A stretch of 61,366 nucleotides of DNA, taken from assembly GCA_020057405.1 (NCBI GenBank), contig JAGVFW010000009.1:1-61366 (forward strand), read 5' to 3'. Under the pieces are notes generated by a model that saw only the letters and a list, made by a program, of their open reading frames with translations, searched no databases and was not told the origin of the DNA. The translations under genes and the position numbers were made by a program. Position 1 is the stretch's first letter. Each line of letters starts with the position of its first letter. This stretch comes from an archaeon (GTDB taxonomy: Archaea; Micrarchaeota; Micrarchaeia; Norongarragalinales; UBA97). Positions 1 through 9,218 of this stretch are shown piece by piece.

Positions 1-63
1 CCGCGCGGCCGCTAATACCTCAAAAACTAGCGGCAGAGAAAAAGATGCCGATTCATCCCACGA

Positions 64-402
64 CTAAACTCGTGGGGTTTCTCGACCAGTAGGCACTAAT
101 TCCGGCGGGTAATGGCCGAGGGCGAATTCTGATGAAAACAAGCCGACCGAACCGTTTGGCAGTAGGTCAAGCCCTTCCTCGAACTCGGCCCGCACCTGAA
201 GCCAATTGGTGTTGTGCGCCTTGACGAAAGGCAGGCTGTGCTCAACCGAAGGCAGCCGCACTCTCTTCAAGTCAATTCCGACAAAATCAAGTGAAGGAAA
301 ACGCTGGGCGTACGCTGCAGTCTTTTCCGCCCTCCCGCGGCGGCCCGCGTTCCCCAAATGCACTATCCAACCAGTCACGAAAAAAGCTAGACGCCAAGAC
401 AT
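64..402 (-). pseudogene. class I SAM-methyltransferase-like ORF, possibly interrupted by TAG at 64-66
   Basis: IVHLGNAG...YAQRFPSLDFVGIDL...GLDLLPNGSV resembles Rossmann MTase motifs. The same frame stays open past the TAG to the window edge (SWDESASFSLPLVFEVLAAAR). Confidence 0.35.
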
Positions 403-426
403 TTAAACCTCAGCGAAATCACAAGA

Positions 427-921
427 GTGAGTGAAATGGACGCGGCATTAAGGCAGGAACGGCTGAACAAGGGCTTGGCCATGGCAGTTGACAAGGGAGA
501 CGTCGGTCGGGTCAAGGATTTTCTTAAGCGCGGCGCTGACGCCAACTGCCACACTGGAGACGTTTTTGGCCACGTTCTTCACGCTGCGATAGGCAAGTGC
601 CTCTTCTCCAGAAGCGCGGAGAGCCTTCCCATTGTGGAGGCTCTTTTGGAGCACAAGGCCGACCCTAACTTGCAAGGCGTTTTCGGCAACCGGCCCCTGC
701 ACGTAGTCACCAGTTTCGGCGACTCGCAAGTAGCACTCGACATAGCCCACTTGCTCTTTCAGCACGGAGCCGACGCCAACCTTGGCTCCTCATTCATGAT
801 AGACACGCCAAAAGGAAGCACGCGCGTAAGGCCAATAGACGACCTCACCATGTTTCCAAAAAGCGGCCCCCACGCCGAAGCACTTCTAAAACTCCTCCAA
901 AGCAAAACGAAAAAAAGCTAG
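427..921 (+). CDS. ankyrin repeat protein
   Basis: Ankyrin-like units LAMAV..GD...VK.FL.RGADAN, VLHAA...IVEALLEHKADPN, GNRPLH...IAHLLFQHGADAN. TATA-like tttaaa at 402-407. Confidence 0.85.
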   Translation: MSEMDAALRQERLNKGLAMAVDKGDVGRVKDFLKRGADANCHTGDVFGHVLHAAIGKCLFSRSAESLPIVEALLEHKADPNLQGVFGNRPLHVVTSFGDSQVALDIAHLLFQHGADANLGSSFMIDTPKGSTRVRPIDDLTMFPKSGPHAEALLKLLQSKTKKS

Positions 922-926
922 ATTTT

Positions 927-2111
927 ATGGTTGGAACTAAAGCGGTCGCGCCGGAAGGGCACTTGATGGTTTCTGACGCGGCGGAGCGCATCGGCGTAAA
1001 GCCCGGCAGAATAATTTCCTGGATTCACCTTCCAAAGCCGCGCATTGCTTTCAAGGTAGTGAATCGTGGAAAGCTGCAGTTTTACGCAATCCCGGAGGAG
1101 GAAGCTGAGCGCATGGGCCGCGTGTTCAGGGGGAAGAAGACGGTAGAGGAGATGGTTGACGAGGTCAACGGGCTTTACCCGGACACCATCTCCAAGTCCG
1201 GCCTGCGCGCGTGGCTCGTGCGTGGCGTGATTGCGCCGGGATTCAAGCAAAAGCTCGCCCTCGATCCTAGGGGCGAGTACCTCTTCTCGGAGGGGGACCG
1301 GGCCAAGGTCAGGGCGTACGTGAGGAACCGCAGGCTGATTGAGGAAAACACTCACTCGACTTCCGACATCGCAAGCGCTGTTGACGAGAAAGTGCGCCCA
1401 AGCGAAGTCCGCGTCAAAAGGTGGGTACGTACCGCAAAAAAGCTCGGCCTGCCCGTCTACACGCTGGAACAAGACCACATCCGCATCCCCACTTGGGCTT
1501 CGCCGCATTTGGTTCGTGCACTCAACGAAGGCCCAGCCAACCGGTGGAGGGGCGGGCAGGAAAAAGCCCTTTCAGAGGCGGTCGGCCTGGCTATCAGGGA
1601 ACATGAGCGGCACGAACTGCGACCCAAGCTTGACGCGGCGCAAAAGGCGCTCGACCGCGCTTACGCCTCCCCGACCTACGTCTCAAGAGACAGGTCGAGG
1701 AAATTCACGCAGGAGGAAGTCAACGCCAAGCTGGGGCTTCCCGGCGGCCAGACGCCGGCGTTCCTTTCGGCAGTCAACAGCCTAAGGAAGCACGAGCACA
1801 AAGTCGAGCTGTTCAAGGCTGCCAAGCTAGTGCTCCAGGCCGCCAACGGCAATTCGGTTGAAATATTCGCACGCGTCTTTACCTCGATCTACGGCAACGA
1901 CGCGGAAAAGGCAAAGCCGTTTTTTGGCTTACTGCGAAAAGCCAGCCAAGGAAAGGCCGAAGACCGCCTCCACCGCATTACGGCGGTCTTTTCCCACTTC
2001 GCAACCAACCCGGAAAACATCAGCCGCGTACTAGAAGAAAACGGCCACCTCAAGTTCGATGCAATCCTGAAAAAAGCACGCGAAAAACTCGAAGAAGACC
2101 GCGTGCACTAA
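927..2111 (+). CDS. hypothetical protein with repeated MerR/Xis-like HTH modules
   Basis: 394-aa ORF 5 nt after the ankyrin gene; VSDAAERIGVKPGRIISWI and two similar downstream segments. Confidence 0.6.
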   Translation: MVGTKAVAPEGHLMVSDAAERIGVKPGRIISWIHLPKPRIAFKVVNRGKLQFYAIPEEEAERMGRVFRGKKTVEEMVDEVNGLYPDTISKSGLRAWLVRGVIAPGFKQKLALDPRGEYLFSEGDRAKVRAYVRNRRLIEENTHSTSDIASAVDEKVRPSEVRVKRWVRTAKKLGLPVYTLEQDHIRIPTWASPHLVRALNEGPANRWRGGQEKALSEAVGLAIREHERHELRPKLDAAQKALDRAYASPTYVSRDRSRKFTQEEVNAKLGLPGGQTPAFLSAVNSLRKHEHKVELFKAAKLVLQAANGNSVEIFARVFTSIYGNDAEKAKPFFGLLRKASQGKAEDRLHRITAVFSHFATNPENISRVLEENGHLKFDAILKKAREKLEEDRVH

Positions 2112-2173
2112 AAAAAGAATAGCGAATGAAAGCCGAGAAGAAAGCTAGCGGCTTTTGGCGTTTGCCGCTGGCG

Positions 2174-2902
2174 CTAGGGCTTGCCGCCGACTTTGCGGTA
2201 GTGTTCTTCGAGAAAGATTTTCTCGGCCGCGCTAAGGGCGTCGTTGAGCTTCTTGAGCTGGGTTTTTGCGCTTTGTGGCAGGGTCATTTCCATCCTTCGG
2301 TGGATGGTGTTTTGCACGAAGTCGGCGTGCGTGATGGCGCTGTCTGAAGGCGCGTTTGCCGGAATCAGCATCTTTTCGCCCGCTCTTTGGGCAGCCTGGG
2401 CGAAGCGAACTAAGCCGTCTGTTGTCTCCTCCATGTGCGCAAGCACCGCTTGCCAGTCTTTTTTCGTGCCGCCGACGTAGACTTTTCTGGCAGCCTCTGG
2501 GTCGCCGACCGCCTCTTTCGCTATTGCGTTGAACTCGTCGAGGTGCTTGGTTGGAATGGGGTAGAGCTCCTGGAACGCGTACATCACGGCCATGCAACGC
2601 GCCTGCTTTGCCATGGTTTCGCGCACGAGCTTCTTGACGCTAGCCTCCTGCGGCCATTCACTTAACTCGTCCTCGACAACGGCGGAAACGAACTTCCTTC
2701 TCGCCTCAAGAACAGCGGCAAACGCGTTGCCGTGAGCAACTAGCTTGAGCCGGGCAGGCTCCCGCTCGTAACTAATGGTTTTGGGATTGTTGTAAACGTC
2801 AAGCAAGCCCTTGACTTTATTCGAATAAGAGAGCCTAAGCTGCCTTTGGCCGACCTTGCCAAGCTCACTTTTAGCAAGCTCTCGCATCCGCGTCAATTCC
2901 AT
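2174..2902 (-). CDS. hypothetical helical protein
   Basis: Start reassigned to ATG at 2902 (MELTRMRE), divergent from the 2960 gene; the upstream part of the track ORF overlaps that gene. Confidence 0.6.
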   Translation of the reverse strand: MELTRMRELAKSELGKVGQRQLRLSYSNKVKGLLDVYNNPKTISYEREPARLKLVAHGNAFAAVLEARRKFVSAVVEDELSEWPQEASVKKLVRETMAKQARCMAVMYAFQELYPIPTKHLDEFNAIAKEAVGDPEAARKVYVGGTKKDWQAVLAHMEETTDGLVRFAQAAQRAGEKMLIPANAPSDSAITHADFVQNTIHRRMEMTLPQSAKTQLKKLNDALSAAEKIFLEEHYRKVGGKP

Positions 2903-2959
2903 GTTAATCCCAATCAGGCAAGAGGCAATTATTAAGGCCGACGGCACGATTATTTGCTC

Positions 2960-4066
2960 ATGGCCCGCACTCAGTTCTTCATCGCACCCTTCCACATGGA
3001 AAGCGGTTCGCAAATCAGCCGGAAGGCCGAGATATACGAGGATACGCGCAGGCGCATGGCGGAATTCAACCGCAAGACAGCCGGCGAGGGCGGCATGCCG
3101 GTGCTGCTTAGGCAGTACGGGATTGGCGAGGGCAGGAAGTTCGGTACTATCGTAAGCGTAGAGCGCTTGATGGACGCTTTCATGAGGGACCCAACTGATT
3201 CGACGACTAATTTCCTTTGGGGCCTGATGCAGGCTTCCGACCCGAGGGAAGTGCTTAAGTCGCACAAGGAAGCCCTCGCGCTTGTAAAGCAGCTGCACGA
3301 CTTGGGCCACGATGTGTTCGTGCAGGACCACGATGATCCCGCAAGGGCGAAGTTTGTTAGCGCGGCCAGGATGGCTGGAGCGGACGTGATTGAGCCAACC
3401 GAAAGAGAGCAAAGTGAACGGGAAGAGCGAAGCTTACTTTCTGGCCTTTACAGTGGTTTTGCGTGGGCGCGCGACCAGCACGTGAAAATTGACGACAGCT
3501 ATGAGCGGCCGATCAAGGACTTTCTTTCACTGGCACGTGGCGTCCAGCACATGTTCGGCGAGGGCGGGGGCATGCTGCAGGTGGCGCCGAAGGGCTGGCT
3601 GGTGCTCAACCACGTGCTTTCAGACCCGCGCGTGCTCAAGTACGCAAAGAATGGCCACGACTTCCACCCCATGCCAAACGGCCTGCAGTACGATACTACC
3701 TTTAGCCAAATGTTTGGCACGCCCTTCTACAATTCCGTTCCCCATCTTGACTTTAATTTGGGCGCCGTTCCTGAAAAGAAAGTCCTCGCCGTCTGCCCCC
3801 ACTACTATTCCGAAAACGAGAAGGCAGTCGACTTGGCAGTAAGACATTTTGGCCTGACTAAAGTCATGGTCCCCGAAGAGGAAGCCAGCCGACACCCGGC
3901 CGGATTCCTACCCCTTGGCAACGGCGCGGCCCTAGTCGACTCCGGCGCACCCAAGTTCATTGCCCGCTTAAGAAAAGCTGGCGTTAAAGTCGTGCCAACC
4001 GCACTGCCCCTCGACTCGATGATAGTCAACAAGGCGACGCTACACTGCCTGTTCAACGAGCTGTGA
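2960..4066 (+). CDS. amidinotransferase/pentein superfamily enzyme (ADI/DDAH-like)
   Basis: WARD, GEGGG, HLD and C-terminal ATLHC motifs match the Cys-His-Asp guanidino-modifying fold. Confidence 0.7.
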   Translation: MARTQFFIAPFHMESGSQISRKAEIYEDTRRRMAEFNRKTAGEGGMPVLLRQYGIGEGRKFGTIVSVERLMDAFMRDPTDSTTNFLWGLMQASDPREVLKSHKEALALVKQLHDLGHDVFVQDHDDPARAKFVSAARMAGADVIEPTEREQSEREERSLLSGLYSGFAWARDQHVKIDDSYERPIKDFLSLARGVQHMFGEGGGMLQVAPKGWLVLNHVLSDPRVLKYAKNGHDFHPMPNGLQYDTTFSQMFGTPFYNSVPHLDFNLGAVPEKKVLAVCPHYYSENEKAVDLAVRHFGLTKVMVPEEEASRHPAGFLPLGNGAALVDSGAPKFIARLRKAGVKVVPTALPLDSMIVNKATLHCLFNEL

Positions 4067-4186
4067 AAAAAACTGAAGCCCCCGGCAAGCTCGGCAAGCC
4101 ACCCTTCCAATAAGCGCTTAAGCCGGCCTGCACTAATTTAATATACCACTTTGCGTATTAACTTATTGTGACTACGGTGCGTTTAA

Positions 4187-4468
4187 ATGATTTCTTGGAA
4201 GGGCAGGGAAGTCCGTTACTCGACTTCCGCCTATCACGAGATGTCACGATACAATCTAGGCCAGCACGACATTCTGGGCGTGCTCGAACTGGGAATGGAA
4301 ACAGGGGAGAGGAGAACCGAGGGAGTGGTGGAAAAGTGCCTGCAAAAAAAGCAGGGCTTGCTCAAAGTGGTGGTCGCCGAGTCTTTCGACTACTCGAGCA
4401 AACAAGTAGTCTGGACCGTAATTCACGTTGCAATTATAAAATCGCCTAAAGGGAGTGAGCTGAAATGA
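4187..4468 (+). CDS. DUF4258-like toxin (RelE-like fold)
   Basis: 93 aa; YSTSAYHEMSRYNL..HDILGVLE.G...LKVVV...WTVIHV pattern; overlaps the next gene by 4 nt. Confidence 0.55.
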   Translation: MISWKGREVRYSTSAYHEMSRYNLGQHDILGVLELGMETGERRTEGVVEKCLQKKQGLLKVVVAESFDYSSKQVVWTVIHVAIIKSPKGSELK

Positions 4469-4770
4469 AAGGGATGAAGTGCGTCGCGTGCGGAAAAACT
4501 GCCAAGCCCGCTACGCTGCGCGTTGACAAAACTGCCGTGCCAGGCTGGAAGTGCGCCTCCTGCGGCGAAGAATACCTCGATGGAGCAGCAGTCGAGACAC
4601 TCCTTGCAGTCAGGAAACTCAAGACCGAGCACCTCACCGCTAAAGTCAGCAAGCAAGGCAACTCCTACTCCATCCGCGTACCGATGAAAATAGTGGACGC
4701 CTACCACCTAAAGGACAAAAAACAACTCAAAATCCTTCCAGAAGAAAGCAGGATAGTGCTGGAAATCTAG
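4465..4770 (+). CDS. antitoxin: YgiT/MqsA-type zinc finger fused to AbrB/MazE domain
   Basis: CVAC...WKCASCGEEY zinc ribbon followed by KVSKQGNSYSIRVP (AbrB motif). Confidence 0.75.
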   Translation: MKGMKCVACGKTAKPATLRVDKTAVPGWKCASCGEEYLDGAAVETLLAVRKLKTEHLTAKVSKQGNSYSIRVPMKIVDAYHLKDKKQLKILPEESRIVLEI

Positions 4771-4775
4771 CCGGC

Positions 4776-5054
4776 TCATAGCCCCAGCCGCTTACTCCTG
4801 CGCTCTACAATAGCCTCGATTTCAGTTTTCTTGACGGGGTTTAGTGACCACTGCCACTCATGGCCGCTTGCGCGCTTGTAAAGAATGCCTTGCTTGAGAA
4901 GATTTTCGGCAACCCTCTCGACAAGCTTGCCGCTCACGTGGCTGGGAAAGCCCTTGGTGAAGAGAGGCGTCTGTGAGTGGTGGCCGGCTCCCCAGCAGCC
5001 GTCACGGTAAAGCTTCCAAACAAGCGTCTCCTCGATGAGTTCCTCAAGCGACAT
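4776..5054 (-). CDS. hypothetical winged-helix-like protein
   Basis: ATG at 5054 (MSLEEL); WGAGHH...KGFPSH...AENLLKQGIL...WSLNP. Confidence 0.55.
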   Translation of the reverse strand: MSLEELIEETLVWKLYRDGCWGAGHHSQTPLFTKGFPSHVSGKLVERVAENLLKQGILYKRASGHEWQWSLNPVKKTEIEAIVERRSKRLGL

Positions 5055-5198
5055 TGCACCACACTCAAAACCAGCCGGAATTAGTGGCGCCAAGATCGTT
5101 CTTAAACGAAGCTAGAGTGGTTTGCCGACCAGGACAACAGTATAGAAACTAGGCAATTAATGCATAACTATTAATAGTTCGCTCGTCATTTCTTTTGT

Positions 5199-5525
5199 AT
5201 GACAAAAAGCAGCTTGCTTGAAGTGATTGGCGACTCTCCCCGGGCGCGCGTGCTCGACTTTCTGTTGACATATGCCGGTTTCGACTACTCGAAAACCCAG
5301 GTAGCCCGCGAGGCCGGCGTCTCGCGCGTGACAATAGACGCCATTTGGCGCAACCTCGAGAAGCAGGGCTACATCAAGCAAACCCGCTCGATTGCGAATG
5401 CCCAGCTCTACGCGCTAAACACACAAAACCCGCAAGTAAAGGCCCTTGTACAGCTTGAAATGGCGCTAGCAAAAGCAAAAAGTGAGAAAGCGATGGAAAG
5501 GCAGACGGCGAAAGCCAGAACTTGA
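5199..5525 (+). CDS. winged helix-turn-helix transcriptional regulator
   Basis: PRARVLDFLL...YSKTQVAREAGVSRVT...NLEKQGYIKQTR...LYALN. Confidence 0.8.
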   Translation: MTKSSLLEVIGDSPRARVLDFLLTYAGFDYSKTQVAREAGVSRVTIDAIWRNLEKQGYIKQTRSIANAQLYALNTQNPQVKALVQLEMALAKAKSEKAMERQTAKART

Positions 5526-5556
5526 GCTTGAGCGCGGGAAGATATCGGCTACTATT

Positions 5557-5934
5557 TCAGCGCGGTTTGGTTTGTAGTAACCGGGCAAACTCTGCTTCAA
5601 TTTCAGTCAATCGACGGATTAACGCGGCTTCTTTGTTCCAGCCAAAATGATCTTTTTTTACTATTGCATATATGCAAACCGCTAGACCAACTAAGAATAG
5701 CAAACCGTGGCCTATAGCACGAATACCTGGACTAACTTGCATAGCTGCATAAATCATACTGTAGAATCCAAAAATCATCGCTACAAATAGCGCAGAAAAC
5801 TGAAACTTAATCGAAAAGGAATTAGAAATTGCAGTCAGCCCCCGATTATGCAAAAGCTTCAGAACTTCAAGCTTGCCTTTGGATGACAGCTTCGAGTAAA
5901 CTTCGGGATGAGCTAACTCTAAACTTGTGTCCAC
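5557..5934 (-). CDS. hypothetical membrane protein (2 TM)
   Basis: Two hydrophobic segments; AT-rich coding; start overlaps the stop of the upstream gene. Confidence 0.6.
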   Translation of the reverse strand: MDTSLELAHPEVYSKLSSKGKLEVLKLLHNRGLTAISNSFSIKFQFSALFVAMIFGFYSMIYAAMQVSPGIRAIGHGLLFLVGLAVCIYAIVKKDHFGWNKEAALIRRLTEIEAEFARLLQTKPR

Positions 5935-6419
5935 TAGTTATCCCGGGTTTTGACTTTCGTTACATCAAGATAGTAAATTTCGTTGATTGAATCGCACTCG
6001 AATTTTCGCGAAGGGTTTTCTTGAGCTGCTTGTTGACACGCTACAACCGTAGTTTTGCCAATACCTATTCTAGTTTCCCCACTACCGCCAAGATTGGTAT
6101 CATAACATCCGCAAACACTTACTTTTCTTACAACACCAGTAAGTTCGCAATTTAGGCAGTAAAAGTAGTCATATTTTACAAGAACGCCTACTATTCGACC
6201 CTCTTCGTTTCGGGCAGTTATGCAGTACTTAATCTGATTGGACGTAAATCCAGAATCGCAAAAATAGCTAGCGGAAGGCATTCCGACTATCGTAACCGAT
6301 TGACCGAGATAGTTTTCTGAATGTTCGATAAGATCCAACGTGCTCACGCCGCCGAACGTACCAAGGCATCCAGTAAAGAGAATGGCGAGGCTTCCGACAC
6401 TCAACAAAAGTAATTTCAC
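5934..6419 (-). CDS. Cys-rich putative lipoprotein
   Basis: GTG start then KLLLLSVGSLAILFTGC lipobox-like signal; several further Cys; OB-fold-like ENYLGQSVTIVG. Confidence 0.6.
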   Translation of the reverse strand: MKLLLLSVGSLAILFTGCLGTFGGVSTLDLIEHSENYLGQSVTIVGMPSASYFCDSGFTSNQIKYCITARNEEGRIVGVLVKYDYFYCLNCELTGVVRKVSVCGCYDTNLGGSGETRIGIGKTTVVACQQAAQENPSRKFECDSINEIYYLDVTKVKTRDN

Positions 6420-6715
6420 AAAAGAACTTAGCCAAGCCAACTTAATAGAATATCGCCAAATTTCCTTCCACTTTTTTCGAACACACGCCTCATTTTTCTG
6501 AAACGGCCTTTGTTCATACTTTTCCGAACTACCTGTTTTCTCTTTCCGCAACTGTCTCATTAAATTCGGAAATGAGCCTCGGGTGGGATATGCCCCTGCC
6601 CAAACACTAGCTTTCTACTCGTAAAAACGCAAAATGGCCCTTTTGGCACCAAAAGCTGGGCAAAAAATTGAGACGGGCGTTTTGGGGTAGTTTACGATAG
6701 TGCGAAAAAACGAGA

Positions 6716-6997
6716 CTAAACACCTGGGAGTTTGGTCCATGGAACGTGATGAGTTGCAATAAGGAAAGAGCCCGCGCTCGTCTGTTGGCCGGAAAATTCA
6801 ATAGAAGCGGGAAAGCCCATGCCTTGCAGCTTTGAAGCCGTCGCGCGTACCTTGCTGAAGTAACTCAAGTTAGGCTTTACATTTTTGGGGGTGAAAACGT
6901 GAGATACTTTGGCATCCTGCCTAAGGCCGCCAGTAATTTCGGTTCTGACGAAATCAAAGCCCGTCTCGCGCTTGATGCGCGCTATCAACGCCCTCAT
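6716..6997 (-). CDS. hypothetical protein
   Basis: ATG at 6997 (MRALIARIK), 20 nt after the preceding stop on the same strand. Confidence 0.5.
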   Translation of the reverse strand: MRALIARIKRETGFDFVRTEITGGLRQDAKVSHVFTPKNVKPNLSYFSKVRATASKLQGMGFPASIEFSGQQTSAGSFLIATHHVPWTKLPGV

Positions 6998-7017
6998 TGG
7001 GTTCTTACCTGTACGAA

Positions 7018-7350
7018 CTATCTTCTGGCGCGGTAGCTGCTTTTTGGCAGTGCATCGCGCACCCAAACGAGGATGCTGGCGACGATGTAGAGGTAGACTG
7101 CGGCAAGCAAGAGCGCAATGCCGAGCTCGACGATGAGGAAAAGATCTCCAGTCATGCCACCGGGCACGCGCATGCCTGAAGCCATTTGAATAAAGGCGTT
7201 AGCGGGAAACGTGAGGACGGCAACTAGAGTGCCGGTCCAGGGCCTAACTGAAATGACTACCGCGGAGACTGCAGCAAGCACGATGGCCGTTGCAAAGAGC
7301 GCGTACGCGAGGACGAATTTCTCGTGGGACGGCGACAACAATGAACTCAC
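7018..7350 (-). CDS. hypothetical membrane protein
   Basis: 110 aa with about three hydrophobic helices. Confidence 0.6.
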   Translation of the reverse strand: MSSLLSPSHEKFVLAYALFATAIVLAAVSAVVISVRPWTGTLVAVLTFPANAFIQMASGMRVPGGMTGDLFLIVELGIALLLAAVYLYIVASILVWVRDALPKSSYRARR

Positions 7351-7429
7351 GCAGCGTATTTCGGAATCAAAGTATTAAAGCGTATTGTTAGCACTAACGA
7401 AAAAAACCTGCGTTCTTAGACGTAAGAAA

Positions 7430-7789
7430 CTAGCGGCCGTTAGCGACCTTGATTCCGGCCTGCTTAAGCGCGCTCCTTACTGCATCAGAGCCAATGGCAG
7501 CGCCATCGCCGTCTTTGTCGGGAACCGCATAGTAAATGCGCTTTGAAACAGCATCGAACTTAAGCTGCGCGGGAGTCGAACCATTGGCAGACCTAGAGCT
7601 AATGTCCCGCGCAAAGTGCTGCAACTCGTCAACCTGCGAGTCACTCACTTCACGCGCCTCGAGGCGAACCATCACTTGGCCGAACTCCTCATGGACAACA
7701 GTAGAGTCAAGCGCGGGGCCGAGAATACCCGCCACGCGTCTGACGTCGTCTACGCACTGCTTCATATTAGACACCTTGAATTGCCCCAT
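7430..7789 (-). CDS. hypothetical protein
   Basis: ATG at 7789 (MGQFKV), TATA-like ttatta about 25 nt upstream on the minus strand. Confidence 0.55.
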   Translation of the reverse strand: MGQFKVSNMKQCVDDVRRVAGILGPALDSTVVHEEFGQVMVRLEAREVSDSQVDELQHFARDISSRSANGSTPAQLKFDAVSKRIYYAVPDKDGDGAAIGSDAVRSALKQAGIKVANGR

Positions 7790-7838
7790 ATAGATAGCAG
7801 GAACGGAAGTTAATAAAACTAACGAAGGTCGTCCAAAA

Positions 7839-8138
7839 TCAGTCAAAATAATCCGGTTCAGCCAGAAAAAGCTGGTTCTTACGAGTATGAACTAAACTAG
7901 TTGGCTTTTTCACTCTCAGCTTTGCCAAAATCCTCCTCTCGGGCCCCCGGCCGACCAAATGCCGCTTTTCCTTCATCTGCTTGAAAAACGTCCGCGCCTT
8001 TCCGGCACGCTTGTAAAGCAAATAATCGAGAGCGTCTGAGAGCGACACCCTGTGGCCCAGGCGCGCCTGGAGTTTTCCGGCAGTCTGGGCCAAGCGCAAG
8101 TAGGCGGAATTTGAGGCACGAATCAAGCGATGCACCAT
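7839..8138 (-). CDS. small basic protein with ribbon-helix-helix-like N-terminus
   Basis: MVHRLIRASNSAYLRL...GKLQ...RVSLSDALDYLL resembles VapB/RHH-type DNA binders. Confidence 0.5.
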   Translation of the reverse strand: MVHRLIRASNSAYLRLAQTAGKLQARLGHRVSLSDALDYLLYKRAGKARTFFKQMKEKRHLVGRGPERRILAKLRVKKPTSLVHTRKNQLFLAEPDYFD

Positions 8139-8402
8139 ATTTTTTCCTCTGACGAAATAGAGTAATGTAAACAAAGTATAATAAGTTTACTATTAGGTTC
8201 GCCACAGTTTTTTGTGCGGGAAAAAAAGCGGCTGCGGAAAAAAAGTCGGAGAAACGGACAGGCTTGCTGCGCTGGTGACAAAAGCTGGCCGGGTGCGCAA
8301 GAGCGAGGAAAAATTAAAATAGTCGATTGCACTAAATACATTAAATCCCAAAAAGGCTGTTTTTAGCGCCCCCCTGGGGGTATTATTCGAGATGAAAAAC
8401 TC

Positions 8403-8513
8403 ATGCACGGTACTTGGAGCGATGCGCGCGAGCTGCGCAACATCATGATGGTTTCCCTCTTGTTCATGCTAGTGCTCTACATCCTTCTTGCAGCAGTGCG
8501 CGGCATAGGCTAG
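8403..8513 (+). CDS. 36-aa single-pass membrane peptide (not in ORF track)
   Basis: MHGTWSDARELRNIMMVSLLFMLVLYILLAAVRGIG*; one clean TM helix; ttatta-like box at 8381. Confidence 0.45.
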   Translation: MHGTWSDARELRNIMMVSLLFMLVLYILLAAVRGIG

Positions 8514-8658
8514 CGTCCCCCTAGACGCTTCAGAAGCTATTTCCACCCACTCTAGGCCCTAAAGGACCAAAACGCATGTTCTGCGTCTTGCGTTTGGAGC
8601 AAAACCTGCCTAGTCGGGCCTCCGGAAGGGTTTAAACCGCGCTTTGAGAAACGAATTG

Positions 8659-8928
8659 GTGAAATACCCCGTTATTTTCGCCATAAGCGCGTTTTTCATT
8701 TGGAAAACGCTGTCGGAGTTCGTTCCGGAGGCGGGCTTTGGGGAAATGAACTTGCCAGTAATGGTGGCTCTAGCGAGCGTGGTTTGCGCGGCTGGACTTA
8801 CGTTTTTAATCTACCAAGTAGAGAAAGCACTCGCCCATGACCGCGTCGAGCCGGAAAAATACTCTGCTCCGGGCCGCAAAAAAGAGTCCGAACCCAAATT
8901 CGAGGACATTTACCGTCCAAAAAGCTGA
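8659..8928 (+). CDS. hypothetical membrane protein (2 TM)
   Basis: GTG start about 22 nt after tttaaa (8631); two hydrophobic segments and a charged tail. Confidence 0.6.
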   Translation: MKYPVIFAISAFFIWKTLSEFVPEAGFGEMNLPVMVALASVVCAAGLTFLIYQVEKALAHDRVEPEKYSAPGRKKESEPKFEDIYRPKS

Positions 8929-9050
8929 ATCCAAGCTAAGCATAACTCGCTTGGAGCGAAAACCGGCCTAGTTGGGTGCTAAAAGAGGCAAAACTGGTTG
9001 CGGGCGACCGCTTGCGGTGCGCTTAAAGCTTTGAAGAAACAAATCTTACT

Positions 9051-9218
9051 ATGGCACACGGTCTCGACCCGCGTTACTTCGACATCAAGCCAGTCAAGAT
9101 TAAGCCTAGCCTGTGGCCTGCAAAGCCGTCGGGAATGCCCGACGGGCACTATTACCTCTGCAACACCGAGTTCAACGGGCGCAAAATATGCTGGGGAACC
9201 GTCATAGAGCGAAAATGA
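9051..9218 (+). CDS. 55-aa hypothetical protein (not in ORF track)
   Basis: MAHGLDPRYFDIKPVKIKPSLWPAKPSGMPDGHYYLCNTEFNGRKICWGTVIERK*; cttaaa box at 9022. Confidence 0.5.
   Translation: MAHGLDPRYFDIKPVKIKPSLWPAKPSGMPDGHYYLCNTEFNGRKICWGTVIERK

Noticed and set aside
64-66. Genome-wide amber recoding (pyrrolysine or alternative code)
   Set aside because: Conserved genes such as tdh, E1, nreA and ef1b end at TAG at the expected positions, and no pyl genes are in the window.
2903-3412. N-terminal extension of the 412-aa minus-strand ORF
   Set aside because: It overlaps the pentein gene antisense; ATG 2902 gives a normal divergent arrangement.
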